A stretch of 64,000 bases of DNA from Octopus bimaculoides (taxonomy: Eukaryota): positions 2,316,616 through 2,380,615 of the forward strand of contig NC_069002.1 of assembly GCF_001194135.2 (NCBI RefSeq), read 5' to 3'. Under the pieces are notes generated by a model, which saw nothing but the letters and a program-made list of their open reading frames with translations, had not been told where the DNA came from and ran no database searches. Below are positions 39,751 to 53,895 of the stretch, piece by piece (the first letter of the stretch is position 1; every line of letters starts with the position of its first letter). Both the position numbers and the translations under genes were made by a program.

Positions 39751-40114
39751 NNNNNNNNNNNNNNNNNNNNNNNNNNNNNNNNNNNNNNNNNNNNNNNNNN
39801 NNNNNNNNNNNNNNNNNNNNNNNNNNNNNNNNNNNNNNNNNNNNNNNNNNNNNNNNNNNNNNNNNNNNNNNNNNNNNNNNNNNNNNNNNNNNNNNNNNNN
39901 NNNNNNNNNNNNNNNNNNNNNNNNNNNNNNNNNNNNNNNNNNNNNNNNNNNNNNNNNNNNNNNNAGAGTGAATGATATGAGAGCTAGTTATGTCATAATT
40001 ATATGAGGTAACGTAACTAGCTGGTTCTACTTATCCTCACGAGAAATGGGCGCCTGAAATGCTAATGTAGGAAATCAAATTGCGAGTCTGATATTTCATG
40101 TGTGTGTGTGTGTG

Positions 40115-40160
<46 letters not shown>

Positions 40161-40682
40161 TGATTGTATAATCCTAGTCGCACAATTTTCAAGTTATACG
40201 TGCTACTTATGTCTGAGTCCGTTTCCATCAAATGCCTGCATGTGGAGATCAAACATGGGACTTAAATAAAAACAAGCTGGATAGGATGGAATTAAACGTT
40301 GACGCAGGGAGCGATTTCAACTCAGAATGAGAACGCACACCATTAAATATCCAACTTATTTTCTCCAATGCTCTAAATAATCTGATCATTAAAAAGACAC
40401 TTTATGGTACATTTATGTAATGGTAGAATTTAAGACTATTTTCCAAGATCTTTCGACACCACCATGCCATTATCTAACTATATATTATAACCTGCAGCAT
40501 GCCGAAGGAAACTGCTGATCAATATATCGATATATCGATACATTTACAGATCATTTGGTCTCACTAGAAGGCAATATAATTCTACATCGTTGTCGTTCAG
40601 TTATCTTTGAATATTCATAGATTCGTAGCTATAATGCGGTCATCATATTGGACATAAGATTTTTTTGTGTGTATATATATGT

Positions 40683-40746
<64 letters not shown>

Positions 40747-40908
40747 TAGAGAGAGAATGAGGGAAAGTGCATCTGTATGCATGTATGTGTATACAATTGT
40801 AGATTTAATCATCTTTATAAATACGTATACACAAATATATACGATGATATATGCATAACTGTATACATATGTATACACACACACACTCAAACGCGCATGT
40901 ATATATAC

Positions 40909-40984
<76 letters not shown>

Positions 40985-41612
40985 ATACACACCCCTATAT
41001 ATATGCTTGATTAATAAAGATACAAAAACATGACAAAAAAACTGTTACTCGGAGTTTCACTTTCCCGTTCGTTGGACAGTTTGATTGAGAATTTTAAAAA
41101 TTAATGTTATGTTTATATATATACAATTTACATTGACAGATAAACATTTGAAAATTGTTTTCGTTTCATTGGTCCTTTCAACTAATGGTCTTCTTAAGAA
41201 CCGAACCGATGATAAACATAAAATTGAAATTTTAAACATTTAAAAAATTTAAAACTTTAAAAAATCATATTTTGTCAAATCGAAGAAAACCTTAAATCAA
41301 AATTGAATTTAATTAGAAGGTGTGTGTATGTGTGTGTGTGTGTGTGTGTGTGCGTGTGTGTCTTTGTGTATGTGTGCGTGCGTGTGTGCGTACGTGTGTG
41401 TGTGTGTGTGTACGTGTGTCTGTATACTGTCGACTGCACAAGAATTTTATAAACATACACGAGTACGAAATTATTGTTTTTGCAATAATCGTCCACGAAT
41501 CATATCACATGCGTCTCTTCTTCATCGCTATATGTGATGTGATTTTGGAAACACACACACACACACATCCATCGATCCATGGAGACATTTGAATGTAGGT
41601 AAGTACTATGTA

Positions 41613-41653
<41 letters not shown>

Positions 41654-41666
41654 CTCTATCTCTCTA

Positions 41667-41705
<39 letters not shown>

Positions 41706-41708
41706 CTA

Positions 41709-41768
<60 letters not shown>

Positions 41769-42589
41769 GGGATGTATACGTAGGACGATTGTAAATGTGT
41801 GTATACGTGTGTATATTTTGTATGGGTACACACCTTAAATATCTGTTACGAGTGACTGTTATTATTTGTTTTATTTTGATATTTTAATTTGACATTTTAA
41901 TTTCTAATTCGGATGATATTGCATATATTCAAATTAAAGTGAGGAACATGTGAAAATTCTTTGCACAATAACACTTTATTGAATTTATATAAACATTAAT
42001 TCAATGAATTTATAAATAAATCGATTAGTTGCCGTATCGTAAACACGAATGTAGAATAACTTGTAACGACACCAAATTCCATAAAGAAAGACATGTGCAG
42101 AAACTGAAGAACAGATGTATGAAGTAAATTTAAAAGAAAATAAAGAGAATAAATATTTTACAATGATAACGAACATATTAAAATCGCGAGTATTTGAGAA
42201 AAAACAAACAAAGAATAGTCTATGAAGAGAACGCTAGGAAGATTTTCTTTATTTAAATCCTGCAAAGTTTAAATTGGTTCCAATTTGATATGGCCGTTTT
42301 TATCTTTTCTTCTTTCACATAAATATCATTGCAGCATAGTCATACGCAATGAGGTATTTCTGCCATTAATTTTACATAATAATTATGAACAAGATATTAC
42401 TGCGCTCTCTCTCTTCCTCAAACAAGCGCGCGCACACACACGCACACACACACACATACATACACGCATACATATTCACGCGCACGTTAATGTATAGGCA
42501 TATATCCATGTGCATATATACGTATACATGTAAGTCATAGACAAGCTAGACAACTTGCCACCAGTCCAATCCAAGAGTGATGGATATTT

Positions 42590-42680
42590 AAAGCGTTTTA
42601 ACACACAGTTCTGTGAAGAAGTCGACCCAGGGCGCTATAATGCAGTGAACCGGCGAACAAGCGAAACATTTTCGTACATG
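42590..42680 (-). mobile_element. SINE type B head remnant
   Basis: gaagaagtcgacccagggcgc..tgaacc..gcgaaacattt is a weak reverse match to the type B head. Confidence 0.3.
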
Positions 42681-45600
42681 CTCTCGATAATGCTTACAAT
42701 ATTAGCGCTGCTTTTAATTCATAATTGAATTTAATCTTATGTGTGTGTCGGCGTCGCATACCAGCAAATGGTTCTTACAGTATTCGTTTATTATCAACAA
42801 ACATACAAACATACATTTTTATTCCACTTCCCTTTATTTGCGAACTTTCTAAAAATATTTATCCTCAGTTATAATTCAATTTACTCCACCCACCTAAACT
42901 TTATCTACCAAGGAACAAAGCAAAATAAAGGGCAGTTTGATGAAGGCACGCAAACCAAAACTTCGAAGTTTTGGCGTTATTTTCCATGTAAAATGAATAA
43001 ATCGTGACCGAAAATGTTCCTCTATTCCTCACCCTCACACGCATACACACATATATACACAATTTATAGATACATACATACATATATATATATATATCCA
43101 TATACATATATATACATATGTATGCATATATATAAATATATGTATATANNNNNNNNNNNNNNNNNNNNNNNNNNNNNNNNNNNNNNNNNNNNNNNNNNNN
43201 NNNNNNNNNNNNNNNNNNNNNNNNNNNNNNNNNNNNNNNNNNNNNNNNNNNNNNNNNNNNNNNNNNNNNNNNNNNNNNNNNNNNNNNNNNNNNNNNNNNN
43301 NNNNNNNNNNNNNNNNNNNNNNNNNNNNNNNNNNNNNNNNNNNNNNNNNNNNNNNNNNNNNNNNNNNNNNNNNNNNNNNNNNNNNNNNNNNNNNNNNNNN
43401 NNNNNNNNNNNNNNNNNNNNNNNNNNNNNNNNNNNNNNNNNNNNNNNNNNNNNNNNNNNNNNNNNNNNNNNNNNNNNNNNNNNNNNNNNNNNNNNNNNNN
43501 NNNNNNNNNNNNNNNNNNNNNNNNNNNNNNNNNNNNNNNNNNNNNNNNNNNNNNNNNNNNNNNNNNNNNNNNNNNNNNNNNNNNNNNNNNNNNNNNNNNN
43601 NNNNNNNNNNNNNNNNNNNNNNNNNNNNNNNNNNNNNNNNNNNNNNNNNNNNNNNNNNNNNNNNNNNNNNNNTAAACAAATAATAACACAAAGTTGATTA
43701 ATTTTAAATTCAAGTGATTTTTAATCTCGATCGTGTTTATTTATATATTTGTTTATTATTTGTTTTCTTCATTTCACTCTTTATGTTCCTTATTATTTTA
43801 TTACTTGCGTTATTATTTGTTTATTTTACTCATTCTGGCAGCACATATTCTATACTTTAATTCTTTAAAACATGTTTTTTTGTGTTTGTTCGTTTCTGTT
43901 CCTTAATATTGTTCTTTTATTCTTTTTTTTTATATTTTGCTCTTTCATATATTATTACGCATCATACCACTAGTAATTTTTAATATAGTAAATCTTGTCG
44001 TTATAGCATCATTATTTATGATATTTTTTTAAAAAATAGATTAAAAAATAAAATAAAACTCCGAAAAATATTTTTTTTAAATCAACAAATATCGGGGAAA
44101 AAAAACCTACATCAACAACTTGCTGCTAATTCACAGTGAATAAGTTGTGATCACTGGTCGATGGAATGTGCGATCAAAGAAGGAAAATGCCAAAAATAAC
44201 TGAATAAATAAACAATAATAATCATTTTAACGATTATATAAAATGATTATATAAACTCACAGCGATTGAAACTAGGAAAAAAGAAACAAAAACAAACTAG
44301 AAATAACACAAACATACTACAAGTAAAAAGCTAGATCAACAACAACTACGTCCGGAGCAAATACTTATACTTCAACACTAGCAACAGACACTAATCTATA
44401 GGGAGTACATTTTCTGAAAAATCGAACAACGAAAATGTTAAAATAATATCAAAACGATCAGTATTATTATATTATAATAAACTACATTAGGATATCAAAG
44501 ATATTTATTTTCGTTCCATTGTTTTGGTTTTTGTTGAAATTAATATAGGATTTGGTGAACTATGGCGTCGTCGGTTATAAGTTTCTAACGAGCAAGTTAT
44601 TGGTTCACTGAATTTCTCCGGTTCAGAGTGACAAATATATTTTTGTGTAACCCGGTGCATGGCGAATATCAAAAAGACGTCCTTAGAAAAATACAATGGT
44701 TTTGTTGCGGTGCACATCACAGCTTCATTGTATGTCGATGTATAATATATGGTGATATATTCGTACTTTCGTGCATACGTAGTTAGATAGAGAGAGATGT
44801 GTACAGTTGTATTACCAATAACCATATCCCACACACACACGCATGCATCTCTCTCTCTCTCACTCTCTCTCTCTCTCTCACTCTCTCTCTCTCTCTGTCT
44901 CTCTCTCTCTCTCTTTCTCACTAATATCATTCTTCTTTTCTCAGACATTCCCCTCCTTTTCTCTCTCCACTTATCTTCCACACTCTTCTACATACTTACA
45001 TGTACAACTTAACCCCCATCACACATACACCTCATACATTTCCACCTCCACACACACACATACACGCAAACATATACGTATAACCATAAGCACATACCAA
45101 AATCTCCTTATATAAATATCGACACGCACACATATACAAAACACTCATACTCGCTCAAACATATGCAAATACATACATACGCACACATATACACACACCT
45201 ATGCACACACAGTCACATGCACACAGACACACACAGGCACTTACGTACACACACAGACACATGCGCACAAACACAGGCACAAAAATGGCCTCACCCACAC
45301 TCGCACATACAATGGCCATATTAGCACTCTTGTGCTTTCACAATCTGCATTCTCAATCTAATTTCCGGGTAGTGAATTGTTGGCTATGTAAAGACACACG
45401 CGCTTTTTCTCCGGACTAATCAGCTCTTTCCGTCTTTACATCTCTGGAATTTTCCCTCTATCTAACAAACTGACGAAGACCCGTGTTCGAAACATCACCA
45501 TATCCTTTGGAATGTAATGTGCTTCCTTGTGTCTACAAATCTTTGAACGACAGCTTGCAACTTCGTTGAAGAAAACAAAAAAAAAAAGACTTTTGCCCTG

Positions 45601-46343
45601 GTCTGAGAGATTTGAAAGGAAAACACAAATTAATACTTCATCCCAAAACCTTATTACATCATGGAAAACCATTACAAATCACTCTAAACAAAGTCTTCTT
45701 CAAATGTAAAAGCGCAATGATAAACGCAACCTCGCTTATACAAATATGAGTAAACCCGTACGCCTGGAGACGAATGGCCAACCATATTCTTTAATGAAAA
45801 TTTTGGGACGTAAAGCTTAGTACTGCATGCTATTGGACGGTTACCATCCCATTGCATTTACGTGTAAATACAAAGATTCGAAGACTAAAGAATAAAATTC
45901 TGATATAACTCTAAAACAGCCGTGACGTTAAATAACGTACAAGAAAGAAATTACTTATAAAATAAAATGCTTCTGATGACCTGCGTCTATTCTGTTTATA
46001 GATTACATATGCAACTTACCAGACAAATAACAGTTAATGAAAAGGTCGTCAGCTTACCTCTCCCCCTCTTCATCCTTCTCTCCTAACAAAGACAGCCTAT
46101 GTCTGGAAAGATACATAAATTCATACATATATACATATATACCTATCAATCTATCTATCTATCTATCGATATATATATATATGTNNNNNNNNNNNNNNNN
46201 NNNNNNNNNNNNNNNNNNNNNNNNNNNNNNNNNNNNNNNNNNNNNNNNNNNNNNNNNNNNNNNNNNNNNNNNNNNNNNNNNNNNNNNNNNNNNNNNNNNN
46301 NNNNNNNNNNNNNNNNNNNNNNNNNNNNNNNNNNNNNNNNNNN

Positions 46344-46381
<38 letters not shown>

Positions 46382-47416
46382 CATACATACACACACATAT
46401 GTCTACACACGCACGCGTATACATGTATACGTTTATACGGCGGGATAAATGGAAAGAGAGAAAAAACACCTTCTGAACGCCGGCAGCTACTACAGAGCTA
46501 AGATGTCGCATTTATATTTATTTGTTATCTATGTATTTTCGCCAGTCTCTTATATAATTCTCAGTTTGTAAGAAGTATAATATCACTATTTTATCTTTAT
46601 ATCTACGGCAAAATCTTGTGTTGTCTGCGTAACTCTTGCACTGTGTTATCACTGGAAAGAGAAAAATACTTCAACTCCAAAGTAACATATTATCAGCAAA
46701 TGGTAATAATATTTTGCACAGTAAGGACCTCTCCCGCCCAAATACTGCTTCATCAGACAAAGCCATGTTTCTTTTACTACTGAGATTATTACCAATGTAA
46801 GACGTACTTGTAAGATATATAGGTATATGTGCATATACACACACGCACACACACACACAAGCACACACAAGCACACACAAGCACACACAAGCACACAGTC
46901 ATACACGCACACACTCACACACATTCACATACGCACATACGTATGATAATAATAGTTTCGTTTCCTTTATAGAAAGGATACATACACGATGACAGAGTAA
47001 CAGTCGATCGTCAGCCAGGCTAGATTGACTAGACGCTAGACTGTGTTGTTAATGCGAACTATTTAATTGTTTTAAATGTAGACGTGGCGATAATCTGTAA
47101 TAATTGTTATCACCCGAGTTTTGCAAGCTTAAATAAAGCGCATTCATTTGAATTGTCAACATCTTCATATCACACTTATAATTGGCTAACAAATTCTACA
47201 CTCCTCCAATTGCGAGAATTTGCAGCGTCGAAGAAAGCATAAAAGAAAACCAGTTGCCGTATTTCCATCATGCTGCATGCATGAACTCACTAGCAATTTT
47301 TTTCCCTCCTTCATAACAAAATGAATCTTCCTACGCCTCTCGTGGTTTTCAACGAGTTTTAACATCCAGTCGTTTGATGTTTCAAGATCATCATCATTAT
47401 TATTATTATTATTATA

Positions 47417-47694
47417 ATCATTGATTTGACTCAGGTTCGTTCTTATTCTAGATAGACTTTATGTGGGTAGCGAGTAACTCCGTATAACCTTAGTTATCCA
47501 CAATATTTCAATAGTCTTTCAACTGCTTAACACCCTCCCAATAAACTTGCTTGTCCCTAAAAGGCAAACTTTCCGCAGAAAGTCTACAGGGCTTTCTATT
47601 CAAATCCCCTTTAATAATGTGTCCATATCTTTGCTTACAGTTCTCAATCCACCAATTATTATAGGCACAACCTTTACAATTTTCATGTTCTAAA
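47417..47694 (-). mobile_element. R4/Dong-like LINE 3' end (C-terminus plus 3'UTR) embedded in trinucleotide repeats
   Basis: Minus strand reads NMKIVKVVPIIIGGLRTVSKDMDTLLKGI*IESPVDFLRKVCLLGTSKF, matching the R4-clade C-terminus (V.VVPIVIGALG.V....LQK..LLGT.RI). In element sense it is followed by (TAA)n and preceded by (AAT)n(GAA)n. Confidence 0.8.
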
Positions 47695-47729
47695 TTCTTC
47701 TTCTTCTTCTTCTTCTTCTTCTTCTTCTT

Positions 47730-47760
<31 letters not shown>

Positions 47761-48227
47761 TTATTATTATTATTATTATTATTATTNNNNNNNNNNTAAT
47801 AACAACGTAGATTTTAATACTTCTCAGTTTCCTTTATCTTAAAGAATTTTGCATTTCAGAATTAGATAGATTGGATGTTATAAGTATGCTTATCTGAATT
47901 TAAAATATGTCGCTATTCTTCACGGCTTTATTAACATTTACATCATGCTATTTCTCTATATAACTGTTCCACATATAATCACTTCAGCAAAAGAAGCACT
48001 TTTTTTTAAATTTAGATGATTAGCACTGATAACTTTATGAGTACATCTTAGAAAATGAGTAAATCTTGGAAAATCATGTACGCCATTCTTAATCCCAAAA
48101 TACTATTTAGGAAATAATTATGCTGTTCTGTTATTATTAGATGTCGAAATGGACGAATCGCTCATAGGCGATACTAGTCGATGATCAGCGATATATTTAC
48201 GTACAACTAATATATTCTTCTCAATGA

Positions 48228-48239
48228 TAATAATAATAA

Positions 48240-48270
<31 letters not shown>

Positions 48271-48440
48271 AAGAAGAAGAAGAAGAAGAAGAAGAAGAAG
48301 AAGAAGAAGAAGATAAAGAAGAAGAAGAAGAAGAAGAAGGAGAAGAAGAAGGAGGAGGAGGAGGAGGAGGAGGAGAAGGAGAAGAAGAAGAAGAAGAAGA
48401 AGAAGAAGAAGAAGAAGAAGAAGAAGAAGAAGAAGAAGAT
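48228..48440. repeat. (AAT)(AAG)(GAG) compound microsatellite
   Basis: Read directly from the sequence. Confidence 0.97.
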
Positions 48441-50190
48441 GCGCAGAGCAGTTAACCCCTTTCTTTAATGCCTATATGTAATTTACGGATTTAGATTTAT
48501 GATATAGCTCTAATAGCATGTGACTTATTGAGACCAATGTTATCGTTGGTTTTGTAGGAAAATAGCAGTCAATGAATTAACAAGGAAATACTGTTAAGGA
48601 AAATGATGAAATTGTTATTAGACCGCACCGGAAAAATGTAACCAAGTATATGTCTAGTAGGAGTGTAGCAAAATTCCAAGTGCAATAGGGGTACTTAATT
48701 CAAAACACGAGTGTTGTATTGCCAAAACCGGAGCTGAATAATAAAATCGAGCCAAGAGAAGTTGTTATTTAGAAGGCATGAGAATGTGTGTTTATCTGTG
48801 TTATTCTAATAAAGATCTTTTGCACATCAATCGTTTAAAAAATAGGGTTTTGTCACAAACAATGAAATAGCAAGGAAAGAAAGCATATCTTCGTTACTGG
48901 CTTTAAGTTCGGGCCGCAGAATTAATAGAAAACATCGAATTTCAGGTAGAAATAGGTAAAACATTTGTGGTCTTGTATTATCTTCAACGTTAAAATTACA
49001 TATGAAAACATGAGTTAATTTTTTGATTCGAAGAAACTATGGTGATTAGAGCAATAAAGTAATTAAGCGATTCCACATTAATATGATAAAACAAAATAGT
49101 TGAAAATAAAATTTCTAAATCCATGAAACTGTCAACGGCTTTATTATTTATTGTAGTTTTAAGGCATCACTTTTGCGTTGCCTCAACAGTTGCAAATGTA
49201 AAAGCGCCATCAACATTATTATCAGGATTATTGAAACGGTATACCTTTGCGTAGGACCAATCTTTAATCATAAATAAGGAGAAGATCCCCACAGGGACAT
49301 TTCTGGCGTTTATGAATCTTAGCGCTGGAAAGATTTATGATATATTTTCTGTTTTATAGACGCCAAGCGAAAGTAATCAGTTCAATTACGATTACATAGA
49401 ACTTATTGCAAAGAATCTCATAGCGAATTAGTGAAATATTACTGAATGTGAAATATAACAATTAGCTTCCATCTGCTCCTATCCTACTACTACACTGAGT
49501 TATTTTGTATCAACTATACAGATTAGCTATTCAAAATTAATGGTCAATGTAACATTCTATTGTAAACATGCAATTGGTGCAACCTGCATCTTTTGTTGAA
49601 ATTACTAAATGGTATTTGCATTTTTACATTTAACAATCCTGCCTTGAAACATACATGAAATCAAAGATTGTCAGGCTTTTGAACCATGTTGTGCATCTAT
49701 TGCACATAATTACCCGGATAAAAAAAAAAGCTACCTTGTATTTTTCTGTATTTGTTTCTTTTTCCTTTAAGTAGAAAGACTCCACATAATTTCGAAGATG
49801 ACGTAATATTTTTTAAAATGTTTCAAGTGAAGTAAGATTTTTTTATAAGAGGTAATCTTCCATCGCAACTGCAAATTTACTTAAATTTACTTTCAAATGA
49901 GCGACACCAACGTAACCCGTTAGATTGAAAATTAGATGGTATAATAAGAAAAAAATTATGTTGAAAATTTAGATATAAGCGATTGCCAGTTTTCCGTGCG
50001 TTTCTATTAACTTAAACAGGCTTCGGTTTTCAACGCAATTTCTATCATTAACTAGAAAATAAGCAAAATGATTGCTACGATAAGGTTACATGTTCTTATT
50101 CCATTTTGCTTTTCATTATTGTGTATCATTAGCACCGCCGAATGTATAACATGTGCAACAGTAACATTGGTGACGGAGACATTGGTAATG

Positions 50191-51070
50191 ATAATAATAA
50201 TCCGTTCTTTCTAAAGGCACAAGGCTTAAAATTTATCCATAGTTTTCGGACCCAAACTCCTCCGGAAGAGACCAGCCAGTTGATGCCACTTGACGCTCAG
50301 GACCACCCCGAGTACGTCGACGCCCTTACGATTCACTGATCCCCCGTAGAATTCCAAAGTAGAACTTCTACCGACCTCATGGTCCGATTAGCCGAGGGCT
50401 GTGAGCGCCCAGCACCCAGTTTCGGTCTACTATGATCCAGACTGGAGCTGTGTCAGGGAGACGAGCTGCAGAAAAGGGCGTTCAACAAACGGCGACTACC
50501 CCCTGCTCACCGTTAAGGTATCGCTGGAGATGTCACCGCATCAGCGCATGATTGCGCATCCTCAACCACGGAATGCCCAGTCCTCCACGCAGTGGGTGCT
50601 GACAGCAAATGGACTGTCTAACATGCAGTACCTGCCCGTTCCACAGGAAGCGGAAGAGCAAACGCACCAGCCTGTACAGCCACGAAGCGGAGCAAGGGAC
50701 GAAACAGACCCATTNNNNNNNNNNCCTCTGTACAACGCCTCACAACGCTGTGGGTTGGCATGGGCCTGCCTCTTCAGGTGCCGAGCTGCAAGCCCACTGA
50801 CTCCTGGTTAAACATTGCTCCTGTTAACGCTTCGAATTCCCTTAGGGTAGTGCCGAACATCTCAATTTCCGAGATGTCCGACACTATCACGGTGACGTCG
50901 TCCGCATACGCCGACACAAACCTTCTGCATCCCAGGGATTTCGAGGGAGGGTTTAAAGTGATTACATCGGCCCCGTTGCTCCCCAACCGGATTAGCGGCA
51001 AAGCCAACTTTGGTGGATTTTGAATGCAGAAGGTATACGGGGACGAAATGCCACTAACAATTTTGTTCGT
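50191..51070 (-). mobile_element. SINE type A split by the LINE fragment (pieces 50191-50234 and 50938-51070)
   Basis: The tail piece ataataatccgttctttctaaaggcacaaggcttaaaattt and the body piece atttcgagggaggg..gattacatcggcccc..gacgaaatgccacta join into one colinear SINE. Confidence 0.7.
50235..50937 (-). mobile_element. L1/Tx1-clade LINE ORF2 internal fragment (reverse transcriptase), pseudogenised
   Basis: Reads SAYADDVTVIVSD (YADD at 50908-50897), then VGLQLGT*RG (TGA at the conserved Trp), then LFRFLWNG..CCQHPLRGGLGIPW after a 10-N gap. These are hallmark L1/Tx1 RT and post-RT motifs. The segment is also GC-richer than its flanks. Confidence 0.9.
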
Positions 51071-51984
51071 ATACTAACAGCTCGTGATGCTGTATTTGAT
51101 TTAATAATAATGAAATGTAGTATCGAATCGATGACACAAATAATCAGATCAATATATTTTGTTTGTAATGTTGTCAACAAAACTGACGACGGAACTATCT
51201 CATAGATCAATATCCACCATGTGACATAGTTTCCCCTCGTATTTAACCAAAAAAATAATAATTATTATTAATAAATCATAAATCGATGCATTCAACAAAT
51301 TTTTTATCAAATATTATAAAAATATATAGATTGTAATATAACAAATATATTTAAAGACATTCATAAATGTGTAAATATATGTATTTCAATAAATCATAAT
51401 ATTTTTAATGGTTTTATTCGTTGCACTTACGGTTGCTCCTGTTTGAAACAGCTTTAGATGTTTATGGCAAACCTAGTAGTTTGTATACTATTTTTATTTC
51501 TTGTTATCGATCTTCAACGGATGAATGGCAAAGAGCAGCTTTATTTATAGATAGGAAACCAAATACGGCAATATATATATATATATGTAGTCACGCACAC
51601 ACACATACACACCACCCCGTTCACATAAATAGACAGGCCAAACGCACACACACTCATTTATACACGCAAGTATTCGAAAACAAATTTATAATCATTTATA
51701 AAAACACAATTGATTTTTTAATATTATTCGCAAAAAGTAATTTAATTAACCTGTTTTCAAAATGATTGATTGATTAATAATTCGATCAATCAATGAGTTG
51801 ATTTGTCAGAACCCTTCTGTCACCATTCATGAACTCATCAAGCAATTGCTCTCGTTATTCTTGTTCAGTCGTGTTGAACCAGACTTAGTTAAGTACAACA
51901 TTAATTGACTAATAATGGCTTGAATAATGATGAGAATGGTGATCATTACAATCATCATCATCATCATAACGATAATAATAATAT

Positions 51985-52176
51985 TTTCTACTATCTGTGG
52001 GAAGGCATTGTCGATTACATCGACCCCAGTACACAACTGGTACTTATTTTATCGACCCCGAAAGGGTAAAAAGGTAAAGTCGCCCCCGGTGGGATTTGAA
52101 CTCAGAACGTAACGACGGTGAAATAACGCTAAGTATTTCGTCCAGCGCGCTGACGATTCAGCCAGTTCGCTGCGTT
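51985..52176 (-). mobile_element. SINE type A
   Basis: gtcgattacatcgaccccagtacacaactggtacttattttatcgaccccgaaaggg..gatttgaactcagaacgtaa..gattcagccagttcgc, flanked by (AAT)n on both sides. Confidence 0.9.
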
Positions 52177-52177
52177 A

Positions 52178-52204
52178 GTAATAATAATAATAATAATAAT
52201 AATA

Positions 52205-52241
<37 letters not shown>

Positions 52242-52251
52242 NNNNNNNNNN

Positions 52252-52331
<80 letters not shown>
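52178..52331. repeat. (AAT)n(TAT)n microsatellite
   Basis: Read directly from the sequence. Confidence 0.97.
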
Positions 52332-52332
<1 letters not shown>

Positions 52333-53257
52333 ATGTTTCTCTGTATTAGTATGTGCAAGACTGCATGCATGAAAGTGTATGCTCGCATCTTACATATCTG
52401 TATGTGTTTGTATTCCTGATGCAACACGCCCAACATATATACGTGCAGCCATGCTCAATAAATCATCGTAATATTGTCCAGGATGTCACTTCTGTATTTT
52501 TTTTCTTCCATCTAAAATATTCTTTTGTTGTAATTATTCCCGACCGTCGCCATCGCATCTCTTCCATTATCGTCCACTTTTCTACCTTATTAGATGTTAG
52601 ATCTTCCATTTTCTTACCCTAAGGAATTTTGTCCAACTTTAAATTGCAGGATATCTTTGGATATCTTCATTGATTGCTTGTTCCATGACACTGAATTATT
52701 GTTAATCTTTCTTTTACAATAATTTCTAATTGAGTCGTCATCTTTCTTCTACCTGGTGTAAGGAACCAAAGACATATTATCTTAGCCATGTTATTTTCTG
52801 TCTTAACAAGCTACCCACGAGCGTCTATTCATTTCACACGATTAGATTAATTTCTTTGTTATTTCTTTTCCACTAATTTCTACCCTTTTCTTTCCTACAT
52901 GCTTTGCTGTTTTGTTTTTTGGTTGTTGTAATTGTTTAGCCTCAGGTCAGCAGTGATTAGGCACACAGGATCAAAGTTATCCTATCTATGACCACCCCGT
53001 CTCTTTAGTGACATATTTCATAATGTGGTGTCAGATATGACTAAGTCCGCAGTTTAGCGATTCTTTTCCGAAGTTAGTAAGTTGTTCATAATTTGAGGAA
53101 ATTTTGCTGGTATTTCCAGCATGTCCATCAGCCACATAGCACTCCTTCGAAAGATTATTTCAGTTTTATCATTTGATGATTTATTTTTATTTTTGCTGCT
53201 ATTCATGTTTTTATTGTTATTATTATTGTTACTGGTTTTGAAACAATTGCTACTGTT

Positions 53258-53378
53258 GTGGTCGACTTTGCCTTTTATACTTTCTAGGTTGATAAAATAA
53301 GTACCAGTTGAGTTGTGGGGTCGGTGCCATCTACTTCCCCCTCCCCTCAGAAATTGCTGGCCTTGTGCCACCATTTAA
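53258..53378 (+). mobile_element. SINE type A, 5'-truncated
   Basis: gtcgactttgcctttt..gataaaataagtaccagttg..ggggtcg..aaattgctggccttgtgcc. Confidence 0.85.
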
Positions 53379-53769
53379 AACCTTTACTTCCTCGGTCGCT
53401 GTTGTTTTTTCGACTCAGTTCAGCCTTAACTAAACCATGACCCTCTTGTGTTTTTCTTTAACATTTCCTGTATTGAATCCATTATCTGTTGTACTGCACG
53501 CTGATCATCTCGTACCTTTCAAACGTCAGCGCTTGGCGATCGACTGACCACGGAGAGGCGTCATCATTACTTTTCCCCTTTTATTCTAAACTTTTATGAT
53601 TGTAACAATTTATCCTAACCAACTTTAAAAGAGCTAATTGTTACGGCAAGTCAGGTTTGGAGATAATGGTTTCAAATACCTCATTGCTGAGTCAAAGTAG
53701 CATCCTAAATATGATCGCTGGACGGAAAGAGGGAAGCAATAGCACCCGGTTCGTAATCATTGTGTGTGG

Positions 53770-53895
53770 GTGGAACGAAGCAACTTGAAATGAAGTGGCC
53801 GCTCAAAGGAATCACAGAAAGACTAGTCGAAGTATGGAAACCACCACCATGTGATCACAAGAGGCTAAACGCTACCACCAGACCACGCCATCACA
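53770..53895 (-). mobile_element. SINE type C remnant
   Basis: gaaatgaagtggccgctcaaagga..gaaaccaccaccatgtgatc..ctaccaccagaccac is a degenerate reverse complement of a CORE domain plus tRNA head. Confidence 0.45.

Noticed and set aside
47395-47800. Idea that the R4/Dong LINE mobilises SINE type A because both sit in AAT/TTA repeats
   Set aside because: Orientation disagrees: the LINE sense strand ends in (TAA)n while the SINE sense strand ends in (ATT)n, and no shared 3' tail is visible.
52440-52830. Possible retroelement fragment next to the (TAT)n tract
   Set aside because: No recognisable RT, endonuclease or transposase motif in any frame I read.
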